Shown one piece after another: positions 38,785 to 51,279 of a stretch of DNA of 63,583 bases. This DNA is from Octopus bimaculoides. Lineage: Eukaryota. How positions within the stretch are numbered: position 1 is the first letter of the stretch; each line of letters begins with the position of its first letter. A model generated the notes under the pieces. It saw only the letters and a program-made list of their open reading frames with translations, was not told where the DNA came from and did not search any database. The DNA is taken from positions 16,766,471-16,830,053 of the forward strand of contig NC_068992.1 in the NCBI RefSeq assembly GCF_001194135.2. The letters run 5' to 3'. Made by a program: the position numbers and the translations under genes.

Positions 38785-39155
38785 ACATGGCAATGTGGTA
38801 AGACGCTTGCTTCTCAGCCACATGGTTCCGGGTTCAGTCGTACTGCGTAACAACGTTGGCAGGTGTCTTCTACTATAGGATCGGGATGACCGAGGTCTTG
38901 TGAGTGGATTTGGTAGACGGCAACTGAAAGAAGGTCATCGTATATGCGCGCGTCTGTGTTTGTCTCACTACCACTGTTTGACAACCAGTGTTGGTGTGTT
39001 TACGTCCCCGTAGCTTAGCATTGTTCGGTAAAAGATAACCATAGAATAAGCACTCGGTCTTTAAACAAGAAATGAGGTGAATTCATTCGACTAAAAGATT
39101 CTTCAGGGTGGTGCACCATGGTGGCCGCAGTCTAATGCCCGAAACAAGTAAAAGA
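38785..39155 (+). mobile_element. SINE family B
   Basis: gtggtaagacgcttgcttctcagccacatggttccgggttcagtc..gtgtttacgtccccgtagcttagc..ggccgcagtc..gaaacaagtaaaaga. Confidence 0.85.
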
Positions 39156-40884
39156 TGATATCATAGAAGGGTTCATTGAGAAGTTTAGGCCCTCTATTTT
39201 AGCCTCTGTATCGAATCCAATACTCTTGAGAGTTTCTAACATACATACAATTCTAATGATGATGAGGGGTGTTAGTCGATTAAACCAACACCAGTACTTT
39301 ACTCTATGAACCAGGAGAGTTTAAAAACACTGATGCTTCCGGTGAGATTTACACAGTGATTGTAAAGACCTAGAAGAATTACTAAAGGGCATTTTTAACG
39401 GACTCTCTATCAATTCTGCCAATCGATTGAAGGCTGTCGATGTCTTGCAAACACTTCACACATGGAAGTGCTACCAGTCGAGAACTCCGCATCCCGGAAG
39501 CCAGCAAGTGTATGGGGTCATCAGGAGAGAAGGCGCGCTGTTTCAGGGCCTACCTCTCGACGGCATCAATGAGCACCGGCCCACCTCACTGATATGAGGC
39601 CCCGGTTGCTAGATCAACTGGTTATTAAAAACAAAGCTCAATATTTCTCTAGCCATCGCTCATTGTCACTTTTTAACCAAATCCAAAACACAATGTTATA
39701 CGAGACGTATGATCATCGAATAGACTATCATTTGACTGATGCTCCATCTCACTGCTTTCTAAGATCAAAACCTTGTCGAGGTCAACTTTTGTTAGCGGAG
39801 TTCAGTCTTGTACTGGGTTCGAACTTTCGCTTTCTCACAGCATATATTCGCGGAGATCAATCCTGCACGTGGTCACCATTAGATTCCAACTGTCCACCAC
39901 ACACCACACATAATATGTCATGAATTCTCGCAATCCTCATCAGGTGTTATATTGGTTACGAAAATTTACTATATTTTCTATAATACAATTATTGCTATCT
40001 AAGATTTCAGTATCTATAACTTGAGTAAAACGACATTACACTTTGTCATTCCCGGAAAGATAAAATATTTCACGATAACTACATGTAATTTACCCATCCA
40101 AACAAAATAATATTTCTTATTATCTGACGTTACAAGATGAGAATCGTACAGAAGAAGAAAGAGTTCTCACCGAGATGAGATTGTTGTTCGATTCGTATTT
40201 AAAGTTGTATGGCTACACGTATATCCTCCTAACAAGATGAAAGGTATGAGTGAAACATCAAAGAACTACTTCTCGGTTCTTCTCTAAACGTACGGTTTTG
40301 TAGCTAAGTATGAAATCAATAATATAATAGAGTCAACCTACCAAACTAGAAGGAATTTCTAACATGCAAAAGCATATTAATTGATTTTCAGTAGGTTCAA
40401 AGACATGCAAATTTAAAGGAGATTTGAATTCAATTAAATTCTATCTTATCGACCACAAACTTTGGGGAGGAAAATCTATATCATTCCTATTTGATCTTGA
40501 AACATAAAGAGATATTAAAACTTAGTAACTTTTTTCTCTATCACTTGCTTTACCGATTCTACTATTCCCCGCCCAGATGTTTTGTAACAAAAATGGATAT
40601 TACTTAAGAAATTAGTAACGTACATTGGACTCCCTCTTCCGATATTCAGCGCATAATACTAACTTGATCCCTTGTTAGCTATATCTCTACACGCTCTTTA
40701 CTCACTGCTGCTAAGCTTGGTAACTATATCCACGAAATTTCTCACTCATTATTTACGTTGCTTATTTTATACTAAAAAATTCATATTTTTCAATGCTACA
40801 TATTTCTTCTAAGAAACATGAATTAATTCATGACAGCTGGAGTAACAGGAAATCAACGCCATTTATTTAAGAGATATAATTGAA

Positions 40885-41640
40885 TACAATAAACTTCCTC
40901 TAATCGGATACTACCAGGACAGAGAGTTAACTGAATTGCCGGTTAACTGAATTTTCTAGATACCTCACCCAGAATATAGTAGAAATGAGAGAAATAAGGA
41001 AGAAATAAAAGCATAATTCGAGTAACAAATCCGGTGTATTAACGTAATAAAAATATAGGTATTCTAAGTAGAGTAAAATAAAACACTTTACTGTTCTTTG
41101 AGAACAAAAGATTTACTTTAGATACAGCGAAAACGTTCTTTTCATGACAATCACTTAACGGAAATTAACAAAGTTCTCGTGGCTCTCATTAACGGACACG
41201 TTCCTTCCTTTTCGTTTCTGGGTGTCGTTTATTTAACAGTTTTGTTTATTTCAATACCGTGTATAAGACGATGTTATTGTACTGCAATAAATTTTCCCCA
41301 CTGTTTTCTTAGTTCTTCCATATCACACCACAAACTACTTGGAAGAACATTGCCTTAAGTAATATCATTGCCACAATAATTCATTTGACAAACAAGTCTA
41401 TTATCTGACTTCATTGTTTGAATTTTCACGGAATAATTTCATATTTATCAACCGTATTGATCTTCCGGATATCACCTTCATTATATTTTATCTCATATGA
41501 TACAATGACTAGTAGATATCCATTTCTGTAACATTGAGCAACCTATTTTCTGAATAATGGCTTTCAAATGTTTGAAGGCATATTATTTTCATAGCTATAC
41601 TATAAGGAAAATGGCGCGTCGTGCAATAGATGCACAGTTT
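40885..41640. mobile_element. Possible degenerate DNA-transposon remnant
   Basis: Tigger-like terminus tacaataaacttcctctaatcgga...ccggttaactgaat at 40885-40955, followed by interrupted coding-like minus frames. Family not assignable. Confidence 0.3.
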
Positions 41641-42036
41641 CTTAAACTATTATTAGATTGAACTGAAGTAAATTAGATTTACATAGAATCCTAAATGCAT
41701 GGTTGTCTTGGTGTAGAAGGATTTAATCCTGAGTCAGAGTTCTTAGTATAAAGTGATCTAGTTCGAAAATATAAATATTAAGTATAGAACTACACCCAAA
41801 CTGTTATTACTTAACTCTCTAAAGAACATCACATAAATTGGTAAATATATNNNNNNNNNNNNNNNNNNNNNNNNNNNNNNNNNNNNNNNNNNNNNNNNNN
41901 NNNNNNNNNNNNNNNNNNNNNNNNNNNNNNNNNNNNNNNNNNNNNNNNNNNNNNNNNNNNNNNNNNNNNNNNNNNNNNNNNNNNNNNNNNNNNNNNNNNN
42001 NNNNNNNNNNNNNNNNNNNNNNNNNNNNNNNNNNNN

Positions 42037-42072
<36 letters not shown>

Positions 42073-42164
42073 AGAAGCTCATTGTTTTTACTATATCATT
42101 TACGCTGGTTTAGAACCTATTGTAGTAGCTAGCAGGCATAGATATTTTGTTAGCCCTTTAAACC

Positions 42165-42365
42165 TTGGCCGTGAAAATCATCGAGGATGCAATGGCTTAG
42201 GGGGACACGATTACGCCAGTACTAGGCTGATACTCATTTCAGCTGAGTGTACTAAAGCAACATGAAATTACTTTCTTAAGAGCACAACATGCTGACTCAT
42301 CTACTAATCGAAACTACACCCTCATGATCGCGAGCCAAGATTTCTAACTGTTTGGCCACAAGCCT
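42165..42365 (-). mobile_element. Degenerate SINE C/D
   Basis: cagctgagtgtactaaagcaacatgaaatt..aagagcacaac..aatcgaaac..gtttggccac. Confidence 0.55.
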
Positions 42366-42829
42366 TTCCAGTTAAATGCAGAATGATAATATTCTGACGT
42401 CGTCGTTAAAATGATAGAACTTGATGTTGGTTTAAGCATGATTTTAAATCAGAAAGCTAAGGGACGCAACTAATTACAGCTATAATGCTTTTTCGGAGAG
42501 ATAACATCGATATAGTTTAACGTTGAAATATCACAAATTCCGGAGTAAGAAATCAATTCCTATAATTCAATGAAACTTACATTTTGAGTCACGAAAGAAT
42601 ATAACAGATTGTTGATATCCGTTACGTTATAGTCAGACTCACAACCAAAAGAGACATAACACAGTATGACATTTAATCTAAAACTTTATTGATTCTGTTC
42701 TCGGCAATATACTAATATCAGCGCACCTTCGTTTTCCTTCTATTTAGACTGAAAGTAGTGGTATATTTCGAGATTAATAATTGAATATTACTAAATCTAT
42801 CATAAATATAAAAGAATCTTTCTACGTAC

Positions 42830-42902
42830 CTTGGCGAGTGAAGTTAACAGCAGCTTTACCACATCCATTGATACAGGCACACCGGTGTCTCAGCTCGGCA
42901 TA
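42830..42902 (-). CDS. Internal exon of the receptor-like kinase gene, Cys-rich ectodomain (YAELRHRCACINGCGKAAVNFTRQ)
   Basis: Acceptor atttag|TAT and donor CAAG|gtacgt. 73 nt, and only the phase 0->1 frame is open. Contains an N-F-T sequon. Phase 1 end matches the TM exon. Confidence 0.7.
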
Positions 42903-43269
42903 CTAAATATTGTAAGTAAGATTCAAATGAAAATAATACATTAGAAACTATACTCACGAAATCACATATTTTATGAATTGTTCAAGATGAAAACGATTGT
43001 GCTGACTTTAGGAATGCTTTTATAGCATATACCAAGTGTTTTACACAATGAGAAATGGTAATAACAGTGAATGGAAATTACGAATGTTCTTAGAATTAAC
43101 ACTTTATGGACCGTTATAGTTGTCCTTTGATAGCAATAAACCGGGCAATTGCTATTTCTTCTTACAATAAAGTGAAATAAATAACGTCTATGTATTTGCT
43201 TTTCAAGATTCGTGATGTAAAGTCTCGTGCTGATACAATTATTCTTTTTTCTTCTTTTATCTTCTCTTC

Positions 43270-43655
43270 TCTAAGCACAAGGCCCGAGATTTTAGTGGAG
43301 GGCGCCATTCGATTAGATGGACCCCGGTATGCGACTGATACTTAACTTATCGACCCCGAAAGAATGAAAGGAAAAGTCGACTTCGGCGAAATTTGAACTC
43401 AGAACGTAAAGACGGACGAAATACCTATTTCGTTATTGCCCACAAGGGGCTAAACATAGAGGGAACAAACAAGAACAGACGAACGGATTAAGTCGATTAC
43501 ATCGACTCCAGTGCGTAACTGGTACTTAATTTATCGACCCCGAAAGGATGAAAGGCAAAGTCGACCTCGGCGGAATTTGAACTCATAACGTAACGGCAGA
43601 CGAAATACCGCTAAGCATTTCGCCCGGCGTGCTAACGATTCTGCCAGCTCGTCTG
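43270..43655 (-). mobile_element. Dimeric SINE family A with an ~85-nt spacer
   Basis: Two copies of atcgaccccgaaag(a/g)atgaaagg(a/c)aaagtcgac(t/c)tcggcg(a/g)aatttgaactc at about 43350-43400 and 43533-43583, separated by aatacctatttcgttattgcccacaaggggctaaacatagagg. Confidence 0.9.
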
Positions 43656-45709
43656 AAACGGATACTGTTATATTGGTCATTTTACTTCCTTGCCAAATAA
43701 ACACACGCACTATATATTCGTTCTCCACTTGTATATTACACCGACTGGAAATCTTTCGTCACACAATTGTGACCTCTTCAACAATCCTCCGTCCCACGTG
43801 GCTGCTTCTGTTCTGTTTAGACCATTCTGTCTTTCTCTGGTGTCTATCCATAATATTTAATTTTATGATATGTATAAGATTTGCGCGCGCGCACGTGTGT
43901 GTACATATACGCACACGAAATATAGTTTGCAGTCTATTGAGCTGAATATATTGAATATTTCCCGCGGATCAACGGGGTGTCAAAACCCAATGTGAAATAT
44001 GAATGACAGAATTTGAAAACGGTCAGCATTCAACAACAATAATTACAGCCACTCTTGCAAAATCATATCACAACAAATTGTATTAACATAATAGTAATAA
44101 TGATGGTTCCAAATTATCGTACAGGATCAGTAATTTTAGGGTGTTGGTGTTATTTGGAAAATTATATATTCTATTATTTAAGTTCGCACGTTTGCGAAAT
44201 AAAAACAAAACATTGAAGTTAAAACCATTTTCATAATATATATTTGAAAAGATTAATACAGGTGAGCGATTAGTTATCATAAGTCGTGTTCAAGGTCTTC
44301 ATGGTTTTTTACGCAAACAAAATCGTCTTATATATATATATATGAAGAACATTAATACTCATGAGAGATATTAATGTTAGTGGCCGCAAGCTAAAACCGT
44401 AAAGACAATATATATATATATATATATATATAAAAGAATTACATATGTCTATTATATATATATATGTGCGTGTATGTGTATGCGTGAGTGCGTGTTGTTT
44501 TTCATGCATGTAGTATTTATGTATGCATGAATGATATAATAAGTTTGTGTGTGAGTGTTTGTGCTTATGCGAGTGCCTATCTGCAGAAGGAAGAACTGAA
44601 CAAGTCTTTAGAGTAGGACTCGTCAGGTGCAAGTGCTTCTAATCTTAAATCCTCTAAGGGATCCAAGTCATGACTTCTAGATACTCCTCTACTGCCGCAG
44701 AATTTGACCACTGTAAGTGCTACTGTCTGAACATGGATGTGTATTGTATTCCCGAGCCAAGATACCTAGAGTTCTGTAACCGCTTCCGTTAATGACGCCA
44801 GTTAACTCTAGTGTAAATTATGTCTTCATCATTAACAATATCCATTTCGAACACTTGTCATCTGCTTCTGCATTGCCTAAGATTCAAGAAATCGAGAGCC
44901 GCTTTATGAGATCAGGGGCAAATTTGCCCACTAAACGTCTTGCATTCTATTACATCCGTGAGAAAAGAGAGTTGGTAACGCCAAATTTTGTGGGGTGTCG
45001 CTCTTAAAATAAAACACATCTGATTATTTCTAAGCAGCAATATATATTCACAAAAGCTGCTCAAATTGACTACGTTTAACATTCTCTATGAAGATTGAAT
45101 TTCTAACTTTACTTCGTTCTTTCAAAAACAATAAAGTGAAAATCTATTGCGACATACAATAGATTTTGACACGTTAATAGATTATTCTCCTTAATTCTAA
45201 TTCATACAGGCGTTTTAGAAGAAGGATTTAGAAACACCTTTACTTAAAATTACTTTTTAGAAATCCATAGGCACCAGAAATTCTAAAGTAAGAGATAATT
45301 TGAAGAAGAAAATAATTTATTGAACTGTAAAATGCGTTTCCATAAATTAAAAAGTTTTCGTTTTCTCACATCTGAAATAAAGAAAGGATGCTTGATTGAG
45401 AAGCTTCCCTAATGTTATTATAATAAAATTAATTTTACCATACGGCTTCAATAAAATGCTTTTAGATAACATTTACTGTTTTGAGATAAATTAAAAAAAG
45501 GTGCAACTATGAGCTGATATTTTTCGTATAGTTTTAGCTGTTGATTCCGTAAAATATGTGCCGTGTTGCTTGTGTTATACTACTGAGAAAGAATCTACAG
45601 TTCGGGAATTGTGTGGATTGTTAATAGTATGTGAGGTGTGATAGAGAACCTTAATAGTTTTATACTAGTATGTATGATTATACTTTGTGTTTTATAACGC
45701 TATTTAATT

Positions 45710-45850
45710 CTGGTACAAGGCCAACATTTTCGGAAAAAAAGGTAACTCGATTACATCAACCCCAGGTCTCAGCTGGTACTTATTTCCTCGACACCCCCAA
45801 AGGATGAAAGGCAAAGTCGGCCTCAGCAGAATTTGAACTCAGAACGCAAG
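45710..45850 (-). mobile_element. SINE family A, 3' half
   Basis: gctggtacttatttcctcgac..ggatgaaaggcaaagtcggcctcagcagaatttgaactcagaacg. Confidence 0.8.
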
Positions 45851-46016
45851 TGAATATTTTCTACTAACCTCTTCAAATAACATTCCCAGTAGAAGGAGAG
45901 AAACAAGTAAGAGATGAAACATATTAAATTTAATGTGATCATTGCAAATCCAATGGACTACGTATGTGTAAGTTGTCATTAACGAAAACGAATTAGTTAC
46001 ATGGTTTCATACTTAC

Positions 46017-46125
46017 AATATCTTTCTTCAGCTCATCTGTCAATATTTGAAATAATCCATCGTCCGGGTCCTTTCGGTCAGCATCGCAAACCAAAGCAAC
46101 ATGAACCCAAAGTTTTCGATGAGAC
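46017..46125 (-). CDS. Internal exon of the receptor-like kinase gene, ectodomain (SHRKLWVHVALVCDADRKDPDDGLFQILTDELKKDI)
   Basis: Acceptor tttttgtctttattatttacag|G and donor ATT|gtaagt. 109 nt, and only the phase 2->0 frame is open. Phase 0 end matches the next exon at 42902. Confidence 0.6.
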
Positions 46126-46154
46126 CTGTAAATAATAAAGACAAAAATAGTAGG

Positions 46155-46207
<53 letters not shown>

Positions 46208-46419
46208 GCTTGTTAGCATTTTCAAATTTATAATCGGGAATATCATGCTGAAGAAGGAAATGAATTTTTTACTATTCTAATCGCGTAACGCGTATATGAT
46301 TAACTAAGGCTGGTTGGTTTCGTTATTTTTTCTTCTTTTTGCCTATGTAAGTTACGAGTATTACTATCTGTGGAGATATATTGTAGTAGAAGAAGTAGTA
46401 GTTTGACTGCTATTTCTAA

Positions 46420-46590
46420 ATTTCGGTATGTGGTGAAGCAACTTTTGCTGATCCCTTAATTATGAGTTCAAACTCCGCCGACATCGACTTTGCCTTTCAT
46501 CGTTTTGGGCTCGATAAATTAAGTACCAGTTGCGTCCTGAGGTCGATCTAATCAACTGCCCCTCTCCCCATTGTGCGTAGATTAGAAAAG
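46420..46590 (+). mobile_element. SINE family A
   Basis: gagttcaaactccgccgacatcgactttgcctttcatc..gataaattaagtaccagttgcg..gtcgatctaatc. Confidence 0.8.
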
Positions 46591-47042
46591 AATGCATGTA
46601 TGCGTATGTGAGTGTGTGAGTGTCAATGTGTCGCGTGAGTATAAATGTGCGTATTCCACACACAACTACGGATTCATATGTTGTTGGATAATATATAGAA
46701 AAGAAATGGTTTAGATCATGAATTATAATATTATTTCTTTACAAACATATTCAAAATCAGCTAAATTTCTACTAGAATACAAAGGCAACAAAATAACTAT
46801 AATACATTTTGCACATATGCAGTGCAAACGGCTTAACCAAAAGGACATATTTGGCGTTAACAAGCTAAAATATGATGCTCTGATCAATCTTGAAAGGGGA
46901 CGTGCTTGCTTTGTTCTGGTCAGTTTTCATTTAAGTATTCCAACGAATACGCCCGGAAAAATACATAAAATATTCGGTGTTACATACTTCAGCACAAATC
47001 TTTGAAACGGTATTGTTAAGCATGCTATACCACATGCGATCC

Positions 47043-47047
47043 ATCTG

Positions 47048-47087
<40 letters not shown>

Positions 47088-47136
47088 GCTAGCTAGCTAG
47101 CTAGCTAGCTAGCTAGCTAGCTATCTAGCTATCTAG

Positions 47137-47192
<56 letters not shown>

Positions 47193-47222
47193 TTATCTAT
47201 CTGCCTATCTATCATCTATCTA
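47043..47222. repeat. Compound tetranucleotide microsatellite (CTAT)n(CTAG)n(CTGT)n(CTAT)n
   Basis: Read directly from the sequence. The (CTAG)n block is self-complementary. Confidence 0.95.
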
Positions 47223-47928
47223 TGCGATACCACATGCAATCTTTGATGAAACTTTTAAACTTTCTGCCACTGTATTGGCTCAGTGGGATCTTCATCATTT
47301 TCCTCAATTCAGAAGGCAAAAATCAAACACTTCTCGAGTATAAATATTTATAAAACTCATCATTTAAGAAAATGTGTTTTTCGTTCCAGTGTATATGTAT
47401 GTATGCGTGTGCGTTTGTGTGTGTGTGTATGTGTGTGTGTGTGTGTGCGTGCGAGCGTCTGTGTGTCTGAGTGCGTGTGTTTTTGCAAGAGTGTTATCTG
47501 TCAAAGGTTTGGCAACTTTGGAAATTATTTTAACACCATGGATACGATCAGGAAATATGGCGTACATGCGATAACTATAATTTAACTGTTATAAAGTTTC
47601 TCGATGCTCAAGGCAATGGTAAACGTAAGTCAGCACTAGAATAAAAATAAATAGATGGATTTATATGTATATAATTATATATAGATAGAATATGAATATA
47701 CAGCTAGAAAAAATGTATATATATATATATATATATATATANNNNNNNNNNNNNNNNNNNNNNNNNNNNNNNNNNNNNNNNNNNNNNNNNNNNNNNNNNN
47801 NNNNNNNNNNNNNNNNNNNNNNNNNNNNNNNNNNNNNNNNNNNNNNNNNNNNNNNNNNNNNNNNNNNNNNNNNNNNNNNNNNNNNNNNNNNNNNNNNNNN
47901 NNNNNNNNNNNNNNNNNNNNNNNNNNNN

Positions 47929-47960
<32 letters not shown>

Positions 47961-47975
47961 GCATATATATATATG

Positions 47976-48165
47976 TACATTGGGTCATCCCATAAATATT
48001 GCGGTTTTTTTATACTTCTTTTATAATTTAAAATTAAGATAAAGTTATTTTTTTAATCTAAAATATACTCTCCTTCATTTTCTACAATGCTCTTCCATCT
48101 ATCTTGTAATTTCAAATGACTTTTACAAAATTCGCCATCAACTTTCCAAGATCTTCGTAATCTCA
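47976..48165 (-). mobile_element. Mariner 3' end with TIR
   Basis: TIR-like TA-CATTGGGTCATCCCATAAATATTGCGGTTTT. Minus frame EFCKSHLKLQDRWKSIVENEGEYILD* matches the mariner C-terminus (L..RW..V....GEY). Confidence 0.75.
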
Positions 48166-48829
48166 TCTGCAGACAACATGTCTAACTGAAAATCTGTTCT
48201 TCAAATATATGTACACGGCTTAGCAACAAACATCTCGATATGCATGAGAGAATTCCGGAAGAAAATGATTGAACCACAACTGCACACGTCAACTCAGGTT
48301 ATAAGGAACTTTTAGGACGAAATTCTATGGTTAAAGAATAATAAGAATAATAAGTTCGCAAGAAATGTTAAACAATATGTAGCGAATTCTTGATAATATG
48401 CATTTGCTAGAATATGCAAGACAGTGATCTCACGGTTTCGCTCTACTAGCTTTTGCCGGACTGTCCGAGAAAGTCTATTGTTAAATTGTTGATACACGCA
48501 AACGCACACATACGCGCGTGTCCACACACATACACATACAAACACACACACATAGTTCAAATGTACATCAAAACAAAAGACGAAGACAGGTGTAGGAACA
48601 ACAGAGAAGTATATTTGACGCTCGGAAAAATTGTAATGTATTTTACATTACGAGCCTATGCTGTTCGACAGAAAGGAATAAGAGGAAATAAATAGAGAGC
48701 GAAGGAAAAACAACGTGTCGGGTTGAGCGGTTCGACATAATGTTGATTGGAAAAAAGAGGTAAAATGAAAGGGAGATAATAACAGAGGTTGAACGAAAAG
48801 GGGATAATGTTGATCCCAATAGCTTGAGG

Positions 48830-49560
48830 TCGTCAAGCGCGTGTGTTTATGTGAGAATGATGTGTGTGAGTGTGTAAATGTGTATGTGTGAATGGGAGCG
48901 ACTGAGTTTGACGTATGCGTGTGTGCGTGTGTAATGTGCGTGTGTAATGTGCGTGCGTGTGCATGTGTTTGTGTTGTGTGTAGCAATTGATGTGTGCTTT
49001 TTCACCTAATGTTTGCACATGTGTGTGTGTGTGCCTCTGTGACCAATTAGTGTGCCTGTGTATAGTCTATGTATGTGGGCAGAAGTTATCTTTGTCTATG
49101 TGTGTTGCGTGTGTATATGTATTGTCTGTATTCAGGTATTATGTGCATGTGTGAGTGTATGTAATGTTTGTGTTCTGACATTATATACATGTATATTATG
49201 TACTTGTGTGGGTGTGTGCATGATGGTTTGTGGTGTGTGTGTGTGTGTACTGAGTTAAATAGCATGTAGCTGCTCATATAGTGGTATGTGATGACGCTAT
49301 TGACGATTGTGTATGCATGACGGTGTGGTGTGGGTGTTGAGAAGTGGTCAGTGTTAATATGTGTGAAGTGGGAAGGTGTTGTGGTTGTGTGTGTGTAATG
49401 GTGTGTAAAGTGAGTGATTAGTTGGACAGAGTATATGGGTGGGTGCATAGTTGTGCCTGTAGGTGAGCGTACGAGGCGGGTGGTATGCAGGTGTGTAAGT
49501 GGAGGGGAACAGCTGAATGTGGGAGGTGAGATAGAATCCGTGTGCGATTGGTGTTAAATA
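48830..49560. repeat. Degenerate GT-rich low-complexity tract adjoining the Penelope 3' side
   Basis: Read directly from the sequence. Confidence 0.85.
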
Positions 49561-49574
49561 AAGGGAGAAGTGTG

Positions 49575-50325
49575 TGAACATGTGGAGCAAAGAAATGGAG
49601 ATTATTAATTCCAGTTCACGGAGAAAGTGGGACACCGGGTGGTCCCTGTGTAAGGACAGTCCGAACACAGACAGATGTTGTAGCGAATGACCAGTAGAGT
49701 GGAAATGGCGCGAGACCGGGGTGTCATTGCCGAGTCTATTTCGGTGGTGCTGCGCGAACCGGTCAGCCAAGCGGCGTCCCGTTTGACCAATGTATAGGGA
49801 AGGAGAGACAGAGCAAAAGATGCAGCAAATAACATGACTAGAAGTGTAGGTAAAGGTGTCAGAGACTGATAATGAAGGTGACGGGTGCCTGTACCGATGG
49901 TGGTGTTGCAGAGGTACGGTCAGGTGTGACAGTGAGGACGGGAGAAAGGTAAGAAGGCAGGTTGGCAAGCGGGAGTAAGGAAGAAACTGTGGATCAGGAA
50001 GTCGCACAGGTTATGGGCTCGTTTGAAGGAAGGAAGGGGTACGTAAGGTACGATGTGCGAGGTGAAGGGGTCGGACTGGAGTCACCGGAAGGCTCGGAGA
50101 ATGGTGTGTCGGAGGGGTAATTTGGAGGAGTGGCAGGTAAGGAGAATATGGGAGACAGGTAAGGGTGGGAAGGATGCGAGGAGAAAGAGCACAGGCATAG
50201 TCCACAGATCGCGCCCGGGCAAGGGCAGTGTGGATGATGGTGAGGGGATATCCGCGTAGGAGCCATGAGTTGAGACTAATTCTCAAAGTCGTGGTTGTAA
50301 CAGCATAGCCTGCGTAGACGGAGGA
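49575..50325 (-). mobile_element. Penelope-like element: RT thumb, linker and GIY-YIG endonuclease (frameshifted)
   Basis: LRRLCC..DFE, RGYPLTIIHTALARA, LQSDPFT..PLPSFKRAHNLCDFL, and SHVICCIFC..LYIGQTGRRLADRFAQH..PVSRHFHSTGHSLQHLSVFGL..RELELI. Confidence 0.92.
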
Positions 50326-51279
50326 ATTGGTAGGGGATGGAGAGCTTGGTGTGGATAGGGTGGGAGGAGGAGAAGTTAAGGTGGAAGTGTAAGTGGGTTT
50401 GTAGTGGATGGATCTATATATATATGTATATATGACTTTGTGTACGTGTGTTGTATGTATGTATATGTTATATATGTATATATGCATGTATCTACGAATA
50501 TGTTTATGTATGTGTGTATTGTGAAAGTATGACAGTAATTTATACAGTGTAGACATATTCTACGTATATGGCTCACTGTTGCACGCAGAGTAATTAAATT
50601 TTTCTACATAAAATACTTCTTTCTCCACCAAATTATATTCCTGAGTCTTGGCGCCAGCTTCCACTTTCCAGAGATAAAAGACTAAAACAGACCGATTTAT
50701 TGAAAGCAATGTTGTCTAACATATTGTAGAATATTTCATTAATATAACCATTTTAAAAATAGATTATGAACTTCGAAGTTTACTTGGAAGTAAAAATGTC
50801 ACACACTTTAAGAAACCTATACTAGACACGAAGCTTACACAACTTACACATTATTTAAAACACAATTACTGCACAAAAATATAAAATGGTAACAAAAGTA
50901 ATTTCTGTGTAATTATTGCCTAAGACGAACATTTTGCAAAGTAACAATATGCTCACTACGAAAAAAATGCGTTGGGGGTCTAAAAATTCAGATAGTGTCA
51001 CCCGAGTAAAATAGTTATACTAAATAAATTAACTAGAAATAAACTGACAAACAAGAGTACGTTACTTATGGAATTTACCGCGTCACATATCTGACATCTA
51101 TGGAGCAGTAGACATACACAAACAAAATACAACCCTTTCAAAGATTATACATAAAATGAATATCAATCACATACGATCGCTAATTATGTAGACAACATTT
51201 TCTATCAATATGGATACAAGCTATTATCATCTAAGCATACAATATGCATTTCGTTTTGACTTTTGTGTACTTGGGTAAA

